A program made the position numbers and the translations under genes. Shown here one piece after another: positions 28,100 through 32,000 of a DNA stretch of 32,000 nucleotides. The notes under the pieces are model-generated. The model was not told the DNA's origin, searched no databases, and worked only from the letters and a program-made list of their open reading frames with translations. Each line of letters opens with the position of its first letter. The first letter of the stretch is position 1. The DNA comes from Desulfotalea psychrophila LSv54. GTDB lineage: Bacteria > Desulfobacterota > Desulfobulbia > Desulfobulbales > Desulfocapsaceae. The stretch spans positions 420,001-452,000 of the forward strand of contig NC_006138.1 in NCBI RefSeq assembly GCF_000025945.1, given 5' to 3'.

Positions 28100-28280
28100 C
28101 TGGCTTCGCTTTTGATATCTGAACAAAGATGCTTACCTACCTGCGGACAAAGGGAGCCTTGGCTGCCAGAAGACGCAGAGTAGTTGTTACTGAAATTACC
28201 AAGACAAAGGCTCTGTTTTTTTTGCCAGCCGATTGCGTGGCCTGTATGCCCACAACGGTTGGCGGGGCTTTAAGATCACA
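28100..28280 (+). pseudogene. Degenerate duplicate of the 3' part of the 27098-28036 gene
   Basis: ctggcttcgcttttgatatctgaacaaagatgcttacctacctgcggacaaagggagccttggctg...gattgcgtggcctgtatgcccacaacggttggcgggg closely parallels 27585-27765. Confidence 0.8.
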
Positions 28281-29176
28281 GCACCTTTGTTCAGGAGCAT
28301 AACTTAAGGCCTTGCTCTGTTTCATAGAGCTTGTTCTTTTGAGAATAAAGCAAAGGGCGTGATAAACAACCTGCTATAACCGTAACACGCCTCTGCTGCT
28401 TCCCATGCCTACGCACAAGCTAAACGTCCTGTGTTACGTGGTGGGCCTCTGGTAAGCTACCCTGCTATTTGACACGAACAACAGAAAAGACGAAAGCCCT
28501 TAATTCGACCTGTGCTTGCCGATTACGAACAGAACCATGCCAGCATACCAGCGAAGCAACCAGCAGCGCACACAGGTCAAGACAGCGTGCCTAAACTTAT
28601 TTCTCCCTATACCCTCGCCCCTTATTATTAAACTCCAAGAGAAATACAAAGAGATTGAGCTTCTACAAGACCACAGCAGCCAAAGCTCAACTGGATACCA
28701 GCAATCAGGGCAAGGTAGCAAAAAGAGGCGCGGGTCCTTCTGGGGAAAAATGAAGTTGCACGGGTGGAAAGAGCTCGACGCTCGTACCTCAAAAATATTT
28801 TGTCTCAGCTGGAAAAGTGGAAAATGTAATTTCTTCAATGAAAAACCCATATGCTTTGCCGGCACATAACCATCCTGAGAATATTGCTCCTCACGAAATT
28901 TTTATGCCACAAAAGCCAACTTGCCTGATTCGTAAAACAGGACAGGATAAAACAAAGATAACGTAATTGATTGGAAGTTCTCCCAGACCAGACACGAAGC
29001 GGGACGCCATGGGACGGCACAAAACCAGCCACAGGACGGCTTAAGACATTGAAATAAAAGTAAAATACTGCTGGGACGGGAGAGACCCCCTTTTACCATA
29101 TATATATATAAACAGTATATAGAAGATATCCAAAATCCCAAACACAATATGTATATATATAAAACGTAGTCGCAAC

Positions 29177-29245
29177 CGTCCCCTTAGTATACTTATATAT
29201 AATATATAATTATATTATATATTTATATATATAGTAAGTGGGACG
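29177..29245. repeat. Large AT-rich imperfect inverted repeat bounded by GTCCC/GGGAC, candidate replication origin core
   Basis: CGTCCCcttagtatacttatatataatatataattatattatatatttatatatatagtaagtGGGACG; GGGACG motifs recur nearby at 29001, 29011, 29073 and 29270. Confidence 0.45.
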
Positions 29246-29459
29246 ACAGAGGTATTTTTCTGGACAGGCGGGACGGTGGCGCCTGACCAAAAAGGAGCAT
29301 AAATATAAACAGAGCACTTTTCCCCTACAGGGACAGACAGCAAACGGGATCTTAAATGGCATCAAAGATCTTCGTTTCTTTCTTTGAAAAAAGCCCTTGT
29401 TTTATTACTTCAAGGGGGCAGGGTTGTTTCTATCTCCCGTGTATCCCCCCATCTGACAA

Positions 29460-32000
29460 TCAAGCTATCTGGTGTGGTGGCGCTTCAAGGTTACGAAATT
29501 TTTCTAAATCAAATTTCCATGCCTTACGCTGCACGCTATGGCTCTCGTTTTCGCTGGTGGGGAAGCGGTGATTTGTGCCATGAGAAATATAAGCAGGATG
29601 GCTACGGAGTGCTTTTTGCAGATCCTGAATTCTGGGCGGTTGCAATCCATTGTTATGCAGCAATCTTATCAACTCCTGCAAAGAAAAATACAGGCTATTG
29701 TAGTCAATCTTCGTTCTTCCTTGTGGCAAAGCCACTTCATGCCAATATTTTTTTACTTGGTCACCTTCAAGACTAAACACCTGCTCAAAGAAGGTTGATG
29801 CCTCATTGATTTCAAGCTCGGCCGAGCTCTGTTCTTTTGCCATCCCCACCTGCTCGACATGGGAGAAAATATCTATATCCTCAACCTCAAACAATTTGCA
29901 AAAGAGACGATGAAAAGCCAAAACAATGGCATGATTATTCCGGATACGCTCCTCTTGTACGAGCTCAAGATCGGCAATAGCTATTCGGTATTCTTCATAC
30001 CAGTTCGCCTCAATTATACCTCTCTTCCTGAGAACCTCTACAATCACGGTGGCCAGCTCTTCCTTTGCCATGTTATTAAGCTCATCAAACGCACATCGAG
30101 TATGTCCGTCCAGATCTTTCTCTTTAAAATTCAAACTTACCACCCTCTGTTTTTCAGCTTTTTGATTGAACGGCTCATTGTTCTGAACAAAAAGCAAGGC
30201 GCCCAAAAAAGGATTCTCTGCTGTCTCAAGCGTATTGGTAAACTTAGCCTGAACTTGCAAGCTCCCTGTGTTATAGGCAGTCAGCAAGATTGAATAGTCA
30301 AAACTCCGCTCGTTGCGCTGGTTATCCTCCAAGAGAGCTGTGAAAATCCCAGAAAACCCCGCCATTTTACGAGCAAGGCCTTTCTTGGTGTTGAGTTGCG
30401 AAAGTGGCAAGCCTTCTACATCACGCCCTTGCACGGATTGTAGCTTAGTTGCCAGAGCACTTTTCCCCGCAGCAGGAGCTCCATATAGTGACAGGAAAGG
30501 AAAAAAATTCTCACGCGCTTTGATCTGGTTGACAAACCAACTGGCCAGAGTCCACGAAAAAGCCATGGCGCCATTGGCCCCCCATGCAGCATAGAAAAGG
30601 CTATAAATCCTCCCCACGTCGACAGAACGCCCGACAAGAGGGGTTATAGCTTTATCTCCTGCTTGTGGTGCTGGACTTAACATTGAACTATGGTCTAAGC
30701 GAAAGAGCCCCCTCCTGTCCTTCTGCAAAAGCCTTCCTTTGGGGTCGATGGCGAAACTGTCAAAAACATACCAATTGGTTTGCGGATCGTAACCAGCAAC
30801 GGGGATCTGCCGAACCTCAGGAGCCTTACTGGTTGCTATCATCGTTGCAAGTGCCGTTATAGCATTATTCTTACCTTCAAAATTAACCTTGGCACTACTC
30901 AGCAAAAAAGCACCAAAATCACGCCCTGCTGCTAGCGTCTTACCCGAAGCAACACAATCCACAGGCCGACCGGCCAAAGGTGTTACACGAAGCTGATAGA
31001 GGTATTCCCTCTGCTTTTGATTGCCTATATTGATGAAAGAAACTACATCAATAACAAACAACCCCACACGCTCGGTCTTTGCTTGGGTAGCTTCTCCACG
31101 TATTCGCACCTCGCTGTACCAGGTACAACCATCGAAAACAAATAGCCCCGCTGCATTCCCAAAATATTCATAATATAATTTACCGTAATGATGGGCTGAT
31201 TCAGCAAGAGAAAGATTCGCATTGCACCTATAGCCCTGTTCATTCTCTTTAAAAAGCTGTTCTCCCTCGCCTCTTGCACGTTGCAAAATATCATTCCAAT
31301 CTAGCCCTTCGGGTGGCATGATTGCTTGTGCAGCCGAAAAAGCGCCAAGATATTTTTTGGTAGCCAGTGTTCCTGCCTTGTCATTATCAAAAGCACAGAT
31401 CAATTGATACTTCTCCAAACCCTCAAGCTTGGCAGGATCTTGCCCCGATGACAAAACAGCTATTGCCTGTACTTCCATCTGAAGAAGGCTTAACGCGTCA
31501 ATAATTCCTTCAACAACCGCCACTGGTCGCGATGCTTCAAGCGGCCTTGCAGGATGCGTCCACCATAGCCCCGAGGTAGAGCCGTTGTTATGAGTCTTCC
31601 CTTCACCCTGAGGGGGATTAAAAAGCCTGCCATTGTAGACATCTTTACCTTGAGAGTCTTTCCCCACGGGAAACATCACAGCCCCCGTTTTAAGCCCCTG
31701 CCTAGTGTTCTTCCAGTATCTAAAGTCAAGCCCTTCCAAAACGGCAGCCGACAGACCACGCCCCTTCAAGTATTCACGGGCTGGTTTATGCGGATCACTC
31801 TTAGTGGGCTTGTACTCCTGCTCAATATCAAAGGTGATATTAAACAGATCACGGGTTTTCGTTTTGGCTCCACAGCTATTGGCACGATTGCAATTAATCG
31901 AATAGGGTTCCTGCTGCACAGCCCATGCGGTCTTGTCTCCACACACTGGGCAAACAAGATTAGCAATAGTTCGTCCATTCTCTTTGGTGCGGGCAGAGCA
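29460..32000 (-). CDS. DNA primase/helicase: zinc-binding, toprim and AAA/SF3-like helicase domains; 5' end truncated by the window edge
   Basis: CPVCGDKTAWAVQQEPYSINCNRANSCG zinc finger, VAVVEGIIDALSLLQ...ICAFDNDKAG toprim, LSLYGAPAAGKSALATKL Walker A, ALLEDNQRNE. The frame stays open past 31946 (reading ...ARTKENGRTIANLVCPVCGDK), so the track's GTG start is probably internal. Confidence 0.85.
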   Translation of the reverse strand, partial: CSARTKENGRTIANLVCPVCGDKTAWAVQQEPYSINCNRANSCGAKTKTRDLFNITFDIEQEYKPTKSDPHKPAREYLKGRGLSAAVLEGLDFRYWKNTRQGLKTGAVMFPVGKDSQGKDVYNGRLFNPPQGEGKTHNNGSTSGLWWTHPARPLEASRPVAVVEGIIDALSLLQMEVQAIAVLSSGQDPAKLEGLEKYQLICAFDNDKAGTLATKKYLGAFSAAQAIMPPEGLDWNDILQRARGEGEQLFKENEQGYRCNANLSLAESAHHYGKLYYEYFGNAAGLFVFDGCTWYSEVRIRGEATQAKTERVGLFVIDVVSFINIGNQKQREYLYQLRVTPLAGRPVDCVASGKTLAAGRDFGAFLLSSAKVNFEGKNNAITALATMIATSKAPEVRQIPVAGYDPQTNWYVFDSFAIDPKGRLLQKDRRGLFRLDHSSMLSPAPQAGDKAITPLVGRSVDVGRIYSLFYAAWGANGAMAFSWTLASWFVNQIKARENFFPFLSLYGAPAAGKSALATKLQSVQGRDVEGLPLSQLNTKKGLARKMAGFSGIFTALLEDNQRNERSFDYSILLTAYNTGSLQVQAKFTNTLETAENPFLGALLFVQNNEPFNQKAEKQRVVSLNFKEKDLDGHTRCAFDELNNMAKEELATVIVEVLRKRGIIEANWYEEYRIAIADLELVQEERIRNNHAIVLAFHRLFCKLFEVEDIDIFSHVEQVGMAKEQSSAELEINEASTFFEQVFSLEGDQVKKYWHEVALPQGRTKIDYNSLYFSLQELIRLLHNNGLQPPRIQDLQKALRSHPAYISHGTNHRFPTSENESHSVQRKAWKFDLEKFRNLEAPPHQIA

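Noticed and set aside
28516-28869. Overlapping + and - strand ORFs of about 117-121 aa
   Set aside because: Low-complexity, no recognisable domain, and equally long ORFs on both strands; more consistent with noncoding or decayed sequence.
29384-29776. 130 aa plus-strand ORF near the left end of the primase gene
   Set aside because: Mostly antisense to the well-supported primase-helicase CDS and lacks protein-like motifs.
1-32000. CRISPR array or retron reverse transcriptase
   Set aside because: No regularly spaced direct repeats and no RT motifs (YxDD context) were seen in the window.

Overview
This 32 kb window looks like part of a proteobacterial chromosome. All product names come from motif reading; no database search was run. 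Bases 1-9960 are mostly ordinary chromosomal genes: a truncated AAA ATPase, a DUF6933-like protein, two alpha/beta hydrolases, a TerC-family membrane protein, a CHASE/PAS histidine kinase, citrate synthase, a YgjP/DUF45-type metallopeptidase, a small lipocalin-like protein and a DUF1835-like protein. From about 9980 onward it becomes a mosaic accessory region. It holds an internally deleted IS5/IS903-group element with both ends kept, a 685-bp-period tandem duplication of a small secreted-protein gene whose junction lies on a solo IS end, and an orphan PtuA-like AAA ATPase. Next come two adjacent PUA/EVE-like genes, a RecQ-like helicase/phosphoribosyltransferase plus DprA-like pair (the known RqlHI/PsyrTA arrangement), and a hicA-hicB-DUF6941-like trio. 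A degraded tRNA-Arg(CCT) 3' half with its terminator follows, then a serine recombinase next to a res-like site, and an SF1 helicase + DUF2290 + two-TM protein module. The right end (about 26.5-32 kb) looks like a P4-like or plasmid-like replication module. It has a replication-initiator-like gene, a toprim/AAA primase-helicase, and a candidate replication origin with GGGACG repeats and a large AT-rich inverted repeat. The strongest less-obvious signal is at 26688-26781: a compact three-way-junction RNA followed by a U-tract, with a repeated CGCATAGTCGC target that can pair alternatively with the RNA's 5' strand. That resembles the P4 CI / P1 C4 antisense immunity architecture.
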